64,000 bases of DNA, taken from the NCBI GenBank assembly GCA_963663545.1, contig OY760505.1:672001-736000 (forward strand). Reading direction: 5' to 3'. The first letter of the stretch is position 1. Each line of letters opens with the position of its first letter. Position numbers and translations under genes: made by a program. Positions 23,817 through 33,931 of the stretch are shown one piece after another. The notes beneath the pieces were generated by a model, which saw only the letters and a program-made list of their open reading frames with translations, made no database searches and was not told the DNA's origin. This DNA is from Candidatus Delongbacteria bacterium (GTDB lineage: Bacteria; CAIWAD01).

Positions 23817-24229
23817 CGCTGGGGCTGTCCCGGCTTCTGGAAGCTGTCCTTCTGTCCGCCGGGCTGCTGCTGGGGCTGGGTCTGGGTGATGGTGGCACCC
23901 TTACCGCCCATGGAGCACATACCCTCGAACTGGGCGCCGTCTTCAATGACCAGACGCACGGTGACCAGATCGCCCTCGAGACGGCTGGTACCTTTCAGCT
24001 CCACCTTCTCGGCAGCCTTAATGCCGCCCTTGACCTTGCCAGCGGTGATGATATTCTTAGCGGTCAGATTGCCATCGACAATGCCGCTCTCGCCCACGGT
24101 GATGGTCGCGTCGCTGCGAACCTCGCCCTTCAGCTTGCCGTCGATGCGCACGGGGTCCGTGCTGTTCAGCTTGCCGTCAAACTCAGCATTCTTCGAAAGA
24201 ATGGTTTCACCGGGTGTGTTGCCGTTCAT
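23813..24229 (-). CDS. Bactofilin (polymer-forming cytoskeletal protein)
   Basis: TILSKNAEFDGKL...VRIDGKLKG...IEDGAQFEGMCSM beta-helix pattern. Confidence 0.93.
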   Translation of the reverse strand: MNGNTPGETILSKNAEFDGKLNSTDPVRIDGKLKGEVRSDATITVGESGIVDGNLTAKNIITAGKVKGGIKAAEKVELKGTSRLEGDLVTVRLVIEDGAQFEGMCSMGGKGATITQTQPQQQPGGQKDSFQKPGQPQR

Positions 24230-24951
24230 TCAGGCTTCTCCCTTTGGGTATGAAAATCAAGATATGCCAGTGGATCCTGAGGACGTCCCTTGCGTAACAC
24301 GGCGTAGTGCAGATGCGCGCCGCCGTCTTCTCCGGCCGGTGCAATGCGACCGACTACTTCCCCGCGTGCTACACGTTGTCCCAACTTCACCATCGGGCCG
24401 GCCAGGTGTCCGTACCACGTGCTAATGCCGTCTTCGTGTTGCACGCCCACCAGAAAGCCCCAGGTCCGGGTCCAGTCAGAGAACATAATAAAGCCACCCG
24501 CTGTGGCGAAGACCGGACTGCCCGCCTGGGCCGCCAAATCGACGCCGGGGTGATCCAGGCTGCCTGGCCAGGATTCCCGCACATAGCCGCGGGTCAGCAC
24601 TCCTTCAACGGGATTCAGTCCAGGAAGCCCCGGACCATCGGGCAGGCCCGTACCAGGACCCGTGAACACCTGACTGCGACCGGGAACAGGCTCCTCCCGA
24701 TCCAGACCGATGCCGACACCCAGCCCTTGATTAAGGCGCCGTTCGACGGCACGCAAGGCGGCAAGCTCGCGACTAAGCTCCCGCACTTTCAACACCTCGC
24801 GTTTGAGGCGTTGATTCTCAAGGCGACACAGCCAACTGTTCCCCTGATGAAAGAGCAGCCAACCGTAGTGCACGGTTGCCGTCAATAGAACCAGGATCAC
24901 GATAAGCTTGCTTTGGCGCATGACCGACCTTGCCGTCGACGAAAACCTCAT
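24226..24951 (-). CDS. M23 family metallopeptidase with N-terminal membrane anchor
   Basis: HPGVD, YGHL and HLHY zinc motifs. Confidence 0.9.
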   Translation of the reverse strand: MRFSSTARSVMRQSKLIVILVLLTATVHYGWLLFHQGNSWLCRLENQRLKREVLKVRELSRELAALRAVERRLNQGLGVGIGLDREEPVPGRSQVFTGPGTGLPDGPGLPGLNPVEGVLTRGYVRESWPGSLDHPGVDLAAQAGSPVFATAGGFIMFSDWTRTWGFLVGVQHEDGISTWYGHLAGPMVKLGQRVARGEVVGRIAPAGEDGGAHLHYAVLRKGRPQDPLAYLDFHTQREKPE

Positions 24952-25209
24952 GTTACCAAATCGTCAGCGACTTCGCGACGCCTCCGGCGCTTTGTGGCAC
25001 ACGAAAACGTCGCTTTGACGCAAGATTGTGACACAAATTTGAGGAGCAAAGCTGCGCCTGTGGCGGATTGGTGGTGAAGCCTTGTTTTGTCCACCCAACC
25101 TGACAACCGAAAACAGCCTTGAGCGTGCGGGCATTTGAAGCTGGAGTTTAGCATCGCGCTTCGTTACCATGGTGTCGCGATCACGTCTCTCCTGAATCGG
25201 GGAGACACC

Positions 25210-26436
25210 ATGAACAAGCTCATCCCATTCACCCCAGACTTTGGACACTCTGACGGCTCTACCGAACACAGCGTAGAGGAATACTGCCTGATTAGCCGCC
25301 GTATTCCACCTCCGCTGGGGGCTTTGCTCCTGCTTGACGATCTGCGTTCGCGACGCAGGGATCGGCTGCTCACCATTACAGCCTTGCTGCGTCTTCTTCG
25401 CGGTCGTCTTGCGCACGCGTTGCCAGCCCTTTCCAGAGAGTTCTTCCCGGCTCAAAGTCTGGAGAGTGTGAGCCCTGCATTGCGAAGCCTTGTTCGCATG
25501 CGCAGTCTGGCGGCCGATGGAAAGCGCGTCCGCTTGCGTGAAGCCCTCAAATGTTGGTCCAAAACGGGCGATAGCACTAACGAGGTCGAAGTGTTGTCCC
25601 TCAGAAGAGCCTGCGTGCGCGAAGGAAGCACAGCCTGGGAACGCTTGCTCAGCCAGGAGCTTCTGTTGCGATCCGGTGCTCACGAAGACTGGTTGTATCA
25701 CGAGCTGCGCTGGCTGTATCACCAGATGCACCGGCGCAAACTGGGCGTGTTACAAAGCGCCGATAATCACCGGATTCGCGCACGTGAGGTTGGCGTTTTT
25801 TTTGATCCTGCGCAGATTCGGCAGGAACCTCGCTGGAGCCTGGCGCGTGTTCGCAATCTCCTGCAGCTGATGCCGTCCGGTCTGCCGCTGGCGCTGGTCA
25901 AGCGTTTTCTTGCCGGAGGCGCATGGGAGCTTCGACTCCCGCTGGAAGCATGGCCACACATGAGTCCGTTGTTAAGCATGCTGGGAGCAGGAACGAACCA
26001 TCTTGAACTTCCCCTGGGAAGCTGGCCTTGTACGCTCCCCGACTGCGGTCAACACCCGGGAACACTGGTGCTGTATCGACGAGATGAGGCTCCGTTACGC
26101 CATCATGAATTGGAAGAAGTCTGCGCCGCCGGCTGGCAGGTAATTGTGCTCTGCGACGAGGACGCGGCTCCAGGTAATCTCCCGCTGCTGGAAAGCGGAA
26201 TCCATCGCGGACGGTTGCATCTAAGTGGTGTATCACGAAATGCAGATAGCCGTGTGCTGCCGTTGAAGGATTACATGCGGCGTGTCGAACGACGCTACAT
26301 CGAAGAAGTTCTGAGTCTTCATGCAGGAGTGAAAACACGTGCCTGCGCCAGTCTTTGTATCACACGACAAACCCTTTACTCCAAACTGAGCAACACCGAA
26401 CCGCGAGCGGCTGAAAGCGGGGAGGTGGGCCGATGA
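25210..26436 (+). CDS. Hypothetical protein with C-terminal Fis-type HTH
   Basis: GGAG RBS before ATG 25210; C-terminal LKDYMRRVERRYIEEVL...KTRACASLCITRQTLYSKL. Confidence 0.7.
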   Translation: MNKLIPFTPDFGHSDGSTEHSVEEYCLISRRIPPPLGALLLLDDLRSRRRDRLLTITALLRLLRGRLAHALPALSREFFPAQSLESVSPALRSLVRMRSLAADGKRVRLREALKCWSKTGDSTNEVEVLSLRRACVREGSTAWERLLSQELLLRSGAHEDWLYHELRWLYHQMHRRKLGVLQSADNHRIRAREVGVFFDPAQIRQEPRWSLARVRNLLQLMPSGLPLALVKRFLAGGAWELRLPLEAWPHMSPLLSMLGAGTNHLELPLGSWPCTLPDCGQHPGTLVLYRRDEAPLRHHELEEVCAAGWQVIVLCDEDAAPGNLPLLESGIHRGRLHLSGVSRNADSRVLPLKDYMRRVERRYIEEVLSLHAGVKTRACASLCITRQTLYSKLSNTEPRAAESGEVGR

Positions 26437-26534
26437 GACGCGTTTTCCTGGCTGTATTGCTGTGCGCATCCTGTTGCAGCAAACGAATCACGAACCAAGA
26501 ATGGAATCACGAGTGTATCACGGAGTTTGCCGGA

Positions 26535-27815
26535 TCAATCAACGCCAGCCGAGCAGTCTTCGCCGCGGAGCAAGCTACAGATGCGTTCGATGTCGCGGTC
26601 GGCGGGTGGGTTTACAAGCAAGCTGTAGACACGACGGCTGTCGGCGTCCACCACGCTGACGTGCACATTCCCCAGCAGCCCTTGTTCGCCACGCGTAGGA
26701 ATACGCCCCAGCGTTTCCAGCAACCACCCTCCGACAGTATCAGCTTCGGTGTCCGGCATGGAACACTCCAGCGCCTGCACGAAGTGTTCGACCCGAGTGG
26801 CGGCGTCCACCAGAATGCGGTCGCCGCGCCGTTCGGTGGGACGCAAAGGCTGGCGATCGTGCTCGTCGACGATCTCGCCCACAAGTTCCTCCAGCAGATC
26901 CTCCATGGTGACAATGCCCGCCGTACCGCCGTATTCATCCAGCACCACAGCAATGTTGAGATTGTGCCTGCCAAAGGTAGCCAGCAGGTCGCGCGCGTTC
27001 ATCACCTCGGGAAAATGACTGATGGGCCGTTTGACCTCACGAAGCGTTGTTGGATTGCGAAAGGCATCGCGCGCCGTGACATAACCAACAATGCGGTCAA
27101 GGTCTCCGCGGTAAACGGGAAACTTGGAGAAGCCTGTTGCCAGAGTCAGCTCAATGAGCCGTGATACAGGTTCATCTTCGGCCAAAGCGGCAACTTGCGT
27201 ACGGGGGGTCATCAGATCGTGGACTGTCCGTTCACGCAGACTCAAGGCACGCTCCAGCAACTCTGAGGCAGCCTGCTCAATCAGTCCGCTGCGACCGGCG
27301 TTGTCGAACACATAGCCCAACTGTGAACGAAGCCCTTCACCAACGCGGTGATCCAGTCCCCCCATTAAACGACGTAACACAGCAGAAATCAGCCGCAGGA
27401 AACTGACCGCCGGCAGAAAAAGCAACTCGAAGAAACGTGCACTGCTGCTGACTCGCGGAAAGAGCTCATGCGCATAGCTGTGTCCCAACTGCTTGGCCAT
27501 CACCTCGCCGATGAGCAGCACACCAATGGCGACCAGAGGAAAGACGGCCCACTCAGGCCAGCCCAGACTGATCAGCCAAAGAGTGGCAAACGAGGTAGTC
27601 AGCGTATTAGCGAGATTGTTACCCACGAGCATGGTGATCAGAAAGTTGTCCGGATCTCGGTGATACACCATTGTCCAGCGCGAGCCAGGCTTGCGCTGAT
27701 GCTTCCACATGAGCACGTACAAGGTGTTGAGGCTCGTGAAAGCCAGCTCGGCGCCCGCAAAATAGGCCGACAATAGCAGCCCGATCAATGTCCCCAGCGA
27801 ACCCACCAGGATCAT
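26535..27815 (-). CDS. Hemolysin/CNNM family protein (DUF21-CBS-CorC)
   Basis: SAYFAGAELAF, LVGNNLAN, MTPRT, VLDEYGGTAGIVTMEDLLEELVGEI. Confidence 0.93.
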   Translation of the reverse strand: MILVGSLGTLIGLLLSAYFAGAELAFTSLNTLYVLMWKHQRKPGSRWTMVYHRDPDNFLITMLVGNNLANTLTTSFATLWLISLGWPEWAVFPLVAIGVLLIGEVMAKQLGHSYAHELFPRVSSSARFFELLFLPAVSFLRLISAVLRRLMGGLDHRVGEGLRSQLGYVFDNAGRSGLIEQAASELLERALSLRERTVHDLMTPRTQVAALAEDEPVSRLIELTLATGFSKFPVYRGDLDRIVGYVTARDAFRNPTTLREVKRPISHFPEVMNARDLLATFGRHNLNIAVVLDEYGGTAGIVTMEDLLEELVGEIVDEHDRQPLRPTERRGDRILVDAATRVEHFVQALECSMPDTEADTVGGWLLETLGRIPTRGEQGLLGNVHVSVVDADSRRVYSLLVNPPADRDIERICSLLRGEDCSAGVD

Positions 27816-28426
27816 TTCACTTCTCCGCGTCCCTGTATCACATCAAGAAGCTCTGCGCGAATTGCCTCGATCTGACTTACCGGTACGCCTAGGATCATCC
27901 GCACTCGCGTGGTGCATTCGAGTTCCCGCTCAACAGCGTGATACTTTGCCACCAGGCGACGGACAAGAGTCATTGCGCTGTACTCAAACTCCAGCTCCAA
28001 GGCCCGTCGAAGAACCACGGTTTCGCGTGTTACAAGCTCCAGTGCCTGTTGAGCTGTTCCGCCGTAAGCGCGCGTCAGGCCTCCGGTTCCCAGTTTCACA
28101 CCACCATACCAGCGTATCACGACAACCATTGTCTCACGCAAGCCGGCTCCCTGGATCGCACGCAAGATGGGTTGCCCCGCTGTTCCACTGGGTTCACCGT
28201 CGTCGCTGTAGTGGAAGTCTTCACTGCCCGCGCCAAGCTGCCAGGCGCTGCAATGGTGAGTGGCTTTGTAATGGACGCGCTTCTGTTCAGCTAGAATTCC
28301 CTGCGCCTCTTCATCGGAAGTCACCGGAAACACAAGCCCCAGAAAGCGTGACTTTTGAATACGTTCCTCGTACTCCGCCTCTGCCGCCGGGCGTTCGTAT
28401 AAGTCCTCTGGCGCAATCTCACTCAT
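27812..28426 (-). CDS. yigZ: IMPACT/YigZ family protein
   Basis: KSRF, ATHHC, SDDGEPSGTAG, RWYGGVKLGTGGL. Confidence 0.95.
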   Translation of the reverse strand: MSEIAPEDLYERPAAEAEYEERIQKSRFLGLVFPVTSDEEAQGILAEQKRVHYKATHHCSAWQLGAGSEDFHYSDDGEPSGTAGQPILRAIQGAGLRETMVVVIRWYGGVKLGTGGLTRAYGGTAQQALELVTRETVVLRRALELEFEYSAMTLVRRLVAKYHAVERELECTTRVRMILGVPVSQIEAIRAELLDVIQGRGEVK

Positions 28427-29235
28427 TCGTCCTCATCCTCTGCCTGTGACACAGTTGCGATCTCGTCAGCGGGCAATGTGCCCTGACCGCTCTGCCAGTC
28501 TTCCAAGCTGAGTTTCTTGAGACGATTGTAGCCCTGGTCCGCCGCCGCCTGCTCCGCACGCTTCTTGCTGGACCCTGTTCCACGGCCGACCGGACGGTTC
28601 TCGACGCGCGCCTCGATGACGAAGAACTTGCTGTGATCCGGTCCGTGCTCTTCCAGCAGCTCGTAGTGCGGGATGCCCAGCCCCCAGCGCTGCGACAGCT
28701 CCAACAGCAGACTTTTGTAATTGCGATTCTGGCGCGTGGCCTGCTTCAGATCCAAGTTGTCCAACACCAGTCGATCCACCAGGCCAATGGCAGCAGGCAG
28801 TCCACCGTCCAGAAAGACCGCGCCCAGTATGGCTTCAAAGGCGTCCTCGAGAATCGAATCACGGCGACGTCCGCCGGTGCGATCCTCGCTCTCTGAAAGG
28901 CGTAGTTGCTCACCTAGGCCGATGTTGCGAGCGATGCGAACGAGAAAGCGCCCCGAGACAACGATGGACTTGTACTTGGTCAGCTCGCCTTCCTTTTTCG
29001 TCGGAAAGCGGCTGTACAAGTAGTGTGATACAGCCAGATCGAGTACGGCGTCCCCCAGGAACTCCAGTCTTTCGTTGGAGTCCTGGCGTGTACTGTCTGC
29101 ATGCTGGCCGGTCCAGGAACGGTGCGTGAGGGCCTGCTCCAACATGGCCGGATCGCGAAAACAATAACCGATGCGGCGCTCGAACTCCTTTAGAGAATCC
29201 GAACGCCGCCTCAGAATGCGTCTTATCAAGTTCAT
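28423..29235 (-). CDS. rnc: Ribonuclease III
   Basis: NERLEFLGDAVL, DAFEAILGA, C-terminal dsRBD. Confidence 0.98.
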   Translation of the reverse strand: MNLIRRILRRRSDSLKEFERRIGYCFRDPAMLEQALTHRSWTGQHADSTRQDSNERLEFLGDAVLDLAVSHYLYSRFPTKKEGELTKYKSIVVSGRFLVRIARNIGLGEQLRLSESEDRTGGRRRDSILEDAFEAILGAVFLDGGLPAAIGLVDRLVLDNLDLKQATRQNRNYKSLLLELSQRWGLGIPHYELLEEHGPDHSKFFVIEARVENRPVGRGTGSSKKRAEQAAADQGYNRLKKLSLEDWQSGQGTLPADEIATVSQAEDEDE

Positions 29236-30473
29236 TAGAGAATCGTCTTGCGCAGGATCAGCGAAGCATTGTGCCCGCCGAAGCCAAATGCATTGCTCAG
29301 TCCGAATTCCATCTCCGCTGCAACCGCTTCCTTGGCCACGATCGGGACCGCCGCATCGGGATCCAGATTGTCCAGGTTGATGGTTGGCGGAACCAAACTG
29401 TTGCGCAGCGCAAGCAGCGTGGCAATGGCTTCCACCGCACCTGCGGCACCAAGCAGGTGGCCGGTCATCGATTTGGTCGAGTTGATCAGCAGCTTGTCCG
29501 CATGATCGCCAAAGACAGCGCGCAGCGCCTGCAGCTCGTTCATGTCGCCCACTGGCGTAGATGTGCCGTGAGTGTTGACGTGCTGAATGTCTTCGGGAGT
29601 TAGACCGGCTTCCTTCAGCGCCATCTTGATGGCACGCTGGGCGCCCTCGCCCTCGGGTGCCGGTGCGGTCAAGTGATAAGCGTCGGCGGTAAAGCCGATG
29701 CCGATGATCTCGCCCAGAATGTTCGCACCGCGCTCGCGGGCGTGTTCCAGCTCCTCCAGAATGAGAATACCGGCACCTTCGCCCATGACAAATCCATCGC
29801 GGTCGCGATCGAAAGGACGACTGGCCGTGGCGTAATTCTCATTGTTGGTGGACATGGCCTTCAGGGAGTTGAATCCACCCACACCCAAGGGACAGATGCT
29901 GGCTTCGGCGCCGCCGGCGACCATCAGGTCCGCCTGTCCGGCACGAATGGACATTACCGCACAACCGATGGCATGCAGTGAGCTGGCGCAGGCACTGACG
30001 GTACCGAAGTTCGGTCCGCGCAATCCCCAGCGAATGGAGACTTGTCCGGCCAGGATATCCGGAATCATCATCGGGATGTACATGGGCGGAATACGGCCCG
30101 GTCCCGAGTTCATCAGCTTCTCATGGGCATTCTCCGTCGACACCATGCCACCGATACCGCTGGCGATGATGACACCGAAGCGATCGCGGTCCACGCGTTC
30201 CAGGTCCAGACCGGAATGATCCATGGCCATCATGGTCGTCACCATGCCGTACTGGCAGAAGGTGTCCATGCGCTTGGCTTCGATCTTCTTGAGGAACTGG
30301 GTGACGTCGAAGTCCTTCACTTCGCAGGCGAAGGTTGTATCGAAGCCGGTTGTATCGAAGTGGCTGATGGGGCAGGCACCGGATTTACCCGTGCTGAGCC
30401 CTTGCCAGAAACTGTCCAGATCGTTGCCGATGGGGGTGAGCACACCGGCACCGGTGATCACGACACGTCGCAT
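29235..30473 (-). CDS. fabF: Beta-ketoacyl-ACP synthase II
   Basis: MRRVVITG start, SACASS, HGTST, GHLLGAAG, FGFGGHN. Confidence 0.98.
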   Translation of the reverse strand: MRRVVITGAGVLTPIGNDLDSFWQGLSTGKSGACPISHFDTTGFDTTFACEVKDFDVTQFLKKIEAKRMDTFCQYGMVTTMMAMDHSGLDLERVDRDRFGVIIASGIGGMVSTENAHEKLMNSGPGRIPPMYIPMMIPDILAGQVSIRWGLRGPNFGTVSACASSLHAIGCAVMSIRAGQADLMVAGGAEASICPLGVGGFNSLKAMSTNNENYATASRPFDRDRDGFVMGEGAGILILEELEHARERGANILGEIIGIGFTADAYHLTAPAPEGEGAQRAIKMALKEAGLTPEDIQHVNTHGTSTPVGDMNELQALRAVFGDHADKLLINSTKSMTGHLLGAAGAVEAIATLLALRNSLVPPTINLDNLDPDAAVPIVAKEAVAAEMEFGLSNAFGFGGHNASLILRKTIL

Positions 30474-30523
30474 ATACGTTCCATCCTTTAACGGGGCGCT
30501 TAGCTTGCCGCAGTCCGACAACG

Positions 30524-30554
30524 GGCGGAGATCCCGCCAGGCAGGACCTCCGCC
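30524..30554 (-). terminator. Hairpin between acpP and fabF (partial terminator or stabiliser)
   Basis: GGCGGAGATCC...GGACCTCCGCC imperfect inverted repeat. Confidence 0.45.
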
Positions 30555-30562
30555 TGTGGATC

Positions 30563-30802
30563 TTAGTCGACCTTCGCGTCGAGGTAGTCGCAGACGGCGC
30601 CGACCGTAGTCAGAGTCTGTGCTTCCTCGTCGTCGATCTCTAGGTCGAACTCTTCTTCGAGGGCGTTGATCAGCTCAAAGCGCGCGATGGAATCGGCACC
30701 CAGGTCGCCGTCGAAAGAGGCATCCATGGTGATCTTGCTCTCGTCGTCCAGATCGAGGTTGTCCAGGATGATCTCCTTGACCTTGTCGAAATGCTTGGAC
30801 AT
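30563..30802 (-). CDS. acpP: Acyl carrier protein
   Basis: DLGADS phosphopantetheine site; AAGGAG RBS before ATG 30802. Confidence 0.96.
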   Translation of the reverse strand: MSKHFDKVKEIILDNLDLDDESKITMDASFDGDLGADSIARFELINALEEEFDLEIDDEEAQTLTTVGAVCDYLDAKVD

Positions 30803-30870
30803 GCCTTGCTCCTTTGTATGAGTTCGGAATCTGGTTTTCAATGTAGCCTCAGCCACCGGGCCGGGCAAGA

Positions 30871-31605
30871 TTACATCCTCATGCCGCCGTCGACACTGAG
30901 GGTGTGACCTGTAATGTAAGAAGCTTCCTCGCCAGCCAGAAAGAAGACCGCGTTGGCAATATCCTCGGGGCTCGCGGTGCGGCCCAGCGGAATCTGCCGT
31001 TTCAGCTCTTGCTGCGCCTGCTCGGAAAGCTGCTCTGTCATTTCTGTGGAAACAAAGCCGGGAGCCACCGCATTGACGCGGATGTTGCGGCCGGCCAGCT
31101 CGCGAGCCAAGGTCTTGGTCAGGCCGAACATACCCGCCTTGGCAGCGGAATAATTCACCTGACCAGCGTTACCCATAAGGCCCACTACGGAGCTGATGTT
31201 GACGACACAGCCGCTACGCTGCTTCATCATAGGCTTGACCGCGTGTCTCACGGTGTTGAAAGCACCCTTAAGGTTGACATCCAACACCTGGTCCCACTGG
31301 CTTTCGCTCATACGCATCAGCAATGTATCACGGGTAATGCCAGCGTTGTTGATCAGCACGTCCAGGCGGCCATCCTTCTCGATGATGGCATCGATCAGTT
31401 CTTTCATGCCTTCGAAATCGGACACGTCGCCCTGACGGCCTTCTACATCCAGGCCTTCAGCACGGAAGGTCTGTTCCGCCTCACGAACGGCATCCTCACT
31501 CACATCCACGAACCAGACGCGATCGCCGGTCTTGGCAAATCGACGCAGGATCGAAGCTCCAATACCGCGGGCTCCTCCGGTCACCAGAACGATTCGCTGT
31601 TCCAT
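30871..31605 (-). CDS. fabG: 3-oxoacyl-ACP reductase
   Basis: TGGARGIG, NNAGITRD, YSAAK. Confidence 0.97.
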   Translation of the reverse strand: MEQRIVLVTGGARGIGASILRRFAKTGDRVWFVDVSEDAVREAEQTFRAEGLDVEGRQGDVSDFEGMKELIDAIIEKDGRLDVLINNAGITRDTLLMRMSESQWDQVLDVNLKGAFNTVRHAVKPMMKQRSGCVVNISSVVGLMGNAGQVNYSAAKAGMFGLTKTLARELAGRNIRVNAVAPGFVSTEMTEQLSEQAQQELKRQIPLGRTASPEDIANAVFFLAGEEASYITGHTLSVDGGMRM

Positions 31606-31660
31606 GATGTGCTCCTGTCACTTCTGCTTTTGTATCACCGTGACACAAAATCAATATGTA

Positions 31661-32590
31661 TCACGCGTTCTCAAGCCACTGTTCAAGCTGCTCGGCGCTA
31701 TCCAGTGAAGTGCAATCGGCTTCTTTGTCGATACGCTTCAGCAAGCCACCGAGTACATTCCCGGGCCCAAGCTCGAGAAATGGCGCCAGACCATCGTGCA
31801 ACATGGCTTCCATCGATGGTTCCCAGCGCACAGTCTCGGTTAGCTGTCTGCCAAGAAGCTCGCGGAGTTGTACCACGTCGTCGCAGCGGGCTCCGGTGAC
31901 ATTGCAATACACGGGCGCGCTGCCTTGCTGGAAACTCGTGGACGCAAGTTTCTCAAGCAGACCCTGACGTGCACTCTCCATCAACGGGCTGTGGAAGGCG
32001 CCGGAAACATCGAGCTTCTTGATCAGGCGCACGCGGTTTTCCTTCAGCAGTTCAATGGCTCGATCTACACCAGCCAGTGAGCCGGAAATGGCGATTTGTC
32101 CCGGGCAATTGAAATTGGCCGCCTGCACGACGCCCGCTTCTTTACTTGCCTGGGCACAGCACTCCTCTACCAGATCGGGTTTGGCACCGATGACAGCGGC
32201 CATGGTTCCCGGCTGATCCAGTCCGGCCTGGTACATCAGCTCACCGCGTCGGTGTACCAGTTCCAGACCGTCCAGCGGATCCAGCCAGCCAGCGGCAGCC
32301 AAAGCACTGTACTCGCCAAGGCTGTGGCCGGCCACGGCATGTGGCGTGATTCCACGCTCCTTGAGCAGCATAGACAGTGCTACCGAGTGCATATAGATGG
32401 CCGGTTGGGTATTGGAGGTTTTCACCAGCTCTTCCGCGGGCCCCTCCACCGACAGCGTCTTCAACTCCACGCCAATGCGTTCGGAAGCGGCCTTGTAGAA
32501 TTTGTCGACGAGCGGATACTTCTCAATCAGACTCCGGGCCATACCCACATACTGGGCACCCTGGCCGGGAAACAGCATTGTGATCTGCAT
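31661..32590 (-). CDS. fabD: Malonyl-CoA:ACP transacylase
   Basis: FPGQGAQ, GHSLGEY, GAFHS. Confidence 0.97.
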   Translation of the reverse strand: MQITMLFPGQGAQYVGMARSLIEKYPLVDKFYKAASERIGVELKTLSVEGPAEELVKTSNTQPAIYMHSVALSMLLKERGITPHAVAGHSLGEYSALAAAGWLDPLDGLELVHRRGELMYQAGLDQPGTMAAVIGAKPDLVEECCAQASKEAGVVQAANFNCPGQIAISGSLAGVDRAIELLKENRVRLIKKLDVSGAFHSPLMESARQGLLEKLASTSFQQGSAPVYCNVTGARCDDVVQLRELLGRQLTETVRWEPSMEAMLHDGLAPFLELGPGNVLGGLLKRIDKEADCTSLDSAEQLEQWLENA

Positions 32591-32598
32591 TTTCCCTC

Positions 32599-33588
32599 CT
32601 ACAGGCGAATCAGTCCGGAAGCCCAGGTAAAGCCACCACCAAAAACCGTGTACAGCACAAGCGAACCCGCGCCGACGCGGCCTTCGCGAATGGCCTCATC
32701 CAGCGCCAGCGGAATGGAGGCAGATGAGGTATTGCCGTACTTCTCGATGTTGATAGCGCACTTCTCCTGCGGAATGCCGAAGCGCTCGCAGGTAGCCTCG
32801 ATAATGCGGATGTTTGCCTGATGCGGTATCAGCAGGTCCACTTGATCGGGTGTGATACCCGCCAGATCCAGCGACTGCTGGCAAGCGTCGGCCATGCAAC
32901 GCACCGCGTGTGTGTATACGCGACGACCGTTCATGTGTATCACGTGATCCTTGTTGGCCAGACTCTCCGGGCTGAGGGGACGCAGCGTACCGCAACCGGG
33001 CGCCCACAGCAGCTCAGCAAGCTCGCCGTTGGCCTTGGTATAGGTTGCAAGAATGCCGCTTTCATCTTCGGAGGGAACCAGCACAACAGCGCCTGCCGCA
33101 TCGCCGAACAGCACGCAGGTACCGCGATCCTCCCAATTCGTTATGCTGGTCAGCACTTCAGCGCCAATGACCAGCACGCATTTCTTCTGACCACAACGAA
33201 TCAGTGAATTGGCCAACTCCATGCCATACCCCCAGCCACTGCAAGCAGCGCTAAGATCCATGGCAGCGGCATTCATGGCACCCAACTTGGCTTGAACAAA
33301 AACCGCGGTGGATGGAAACTTGCAGTCCGGTGTCACGGTGCCGACAAGTATCAGATCCAGATCCTCCGGCGTCAGTTCAGCGGCTTCCAATGCCTTGCGA
33401 CCCGCTCCGGTAGCCAGATCCGAGGTCACCATGTTGTCCTCGGGACGGATGATCATCCTGCGCTTGATGCCGGTGCGTGATACAATCCATTCATCTGTTG
33501 TATCAACGATGCGCGTCAGGTCTTCGTTCGTCAGCGGCGATGGACCTGTCATGTGTCCTGTGCCTGCAATGCGTGCGCGCTTTATCAT
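32599..33588 (-). CDS. fabH: Beta-ketoacyl-ACP synthase III
   Basis: AACSG, PHQAN, GNTSSAS. Confidence 0.97.
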   Translation of the reverse strand: MIKRARIAGTGHMTGPSPLTNEDLTRIVDTTDEWIVSRTGIKRRMIIRPEDNMVTSDLATGAGRKALEAAELTPEDLDLILVGTVTPDCKFPSTAVFVQAKLGAMNAAAMDLSAACSGWGYGMELANSLIRCGQKKCVLVIGAEVLTSITNWEDRGTCVLFGDAAGAVVLVPSEDESGILATYTKANGELAELLWAPGCGTLRPLSPESLANKDHVIHMNGRRVYTHAVRCMADACQQSLDLAGITPDQVDLLIPHQANIRIIEATCERFGIPQEKCAINIEKYGNTSSASIPLALDEAIREGRVGAGSLVLYTVFGGGFTWASGLIRL

Positions 33589-33742
33589 GTCTTCCCCCAA
33601 TGGCTTCGTCCTGCAATCGAACTGAACGAGATTCAGTCCAGCATTTGAAACTACAACGCCCTGGTCCGCAGAACCGGTGCCAGGGCGTGAGGATGCACTT
33701 TGTCACCCAAGCCATGATCCTTGAATCACGGCGGTCAATCCA

Positions 33743-33919
33743 TCAACCGACGGAGATGACCTTGCGACCTTTGTAGAAGCCGCAATTCGGGCAAACGCGA
33801 TGCGACAACCGCGGCTGGCCGCAGTTGGAGCACAAGGAAACACCAACCGCCTTGAGAGCGTGGTGCGACCGGCGCTGATCGCGACGGGCCTTGGCGGTTT
33901 TCTTTTTTGGAACGGCCAT
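33743..33919 (-). CDS. rpmF: 50S ribosomal protein L32 (zinc-ribbon form)
   Basis: Manual translation [23 protein letters not shown]...CSNC...[21 protein letters not shown]; below the ORF-track length cutoff. Confidence 0.97.
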   Translation of the reverse strand: MAVPKKKTAKARRDQRRSHHALKAVGVSLCSNCGQPRLSHRVCPNCGFYKGRKVISVG

Positions 33920-33931
33920 TTCAGCCTCCTG

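Noticed and set aside
24964..25731. 255-aa minus-strand ORF upstream of the M23 gene
   Set aside because: Overlaps the plus-strand Fis-HTH gene and has no recognisable motifs.
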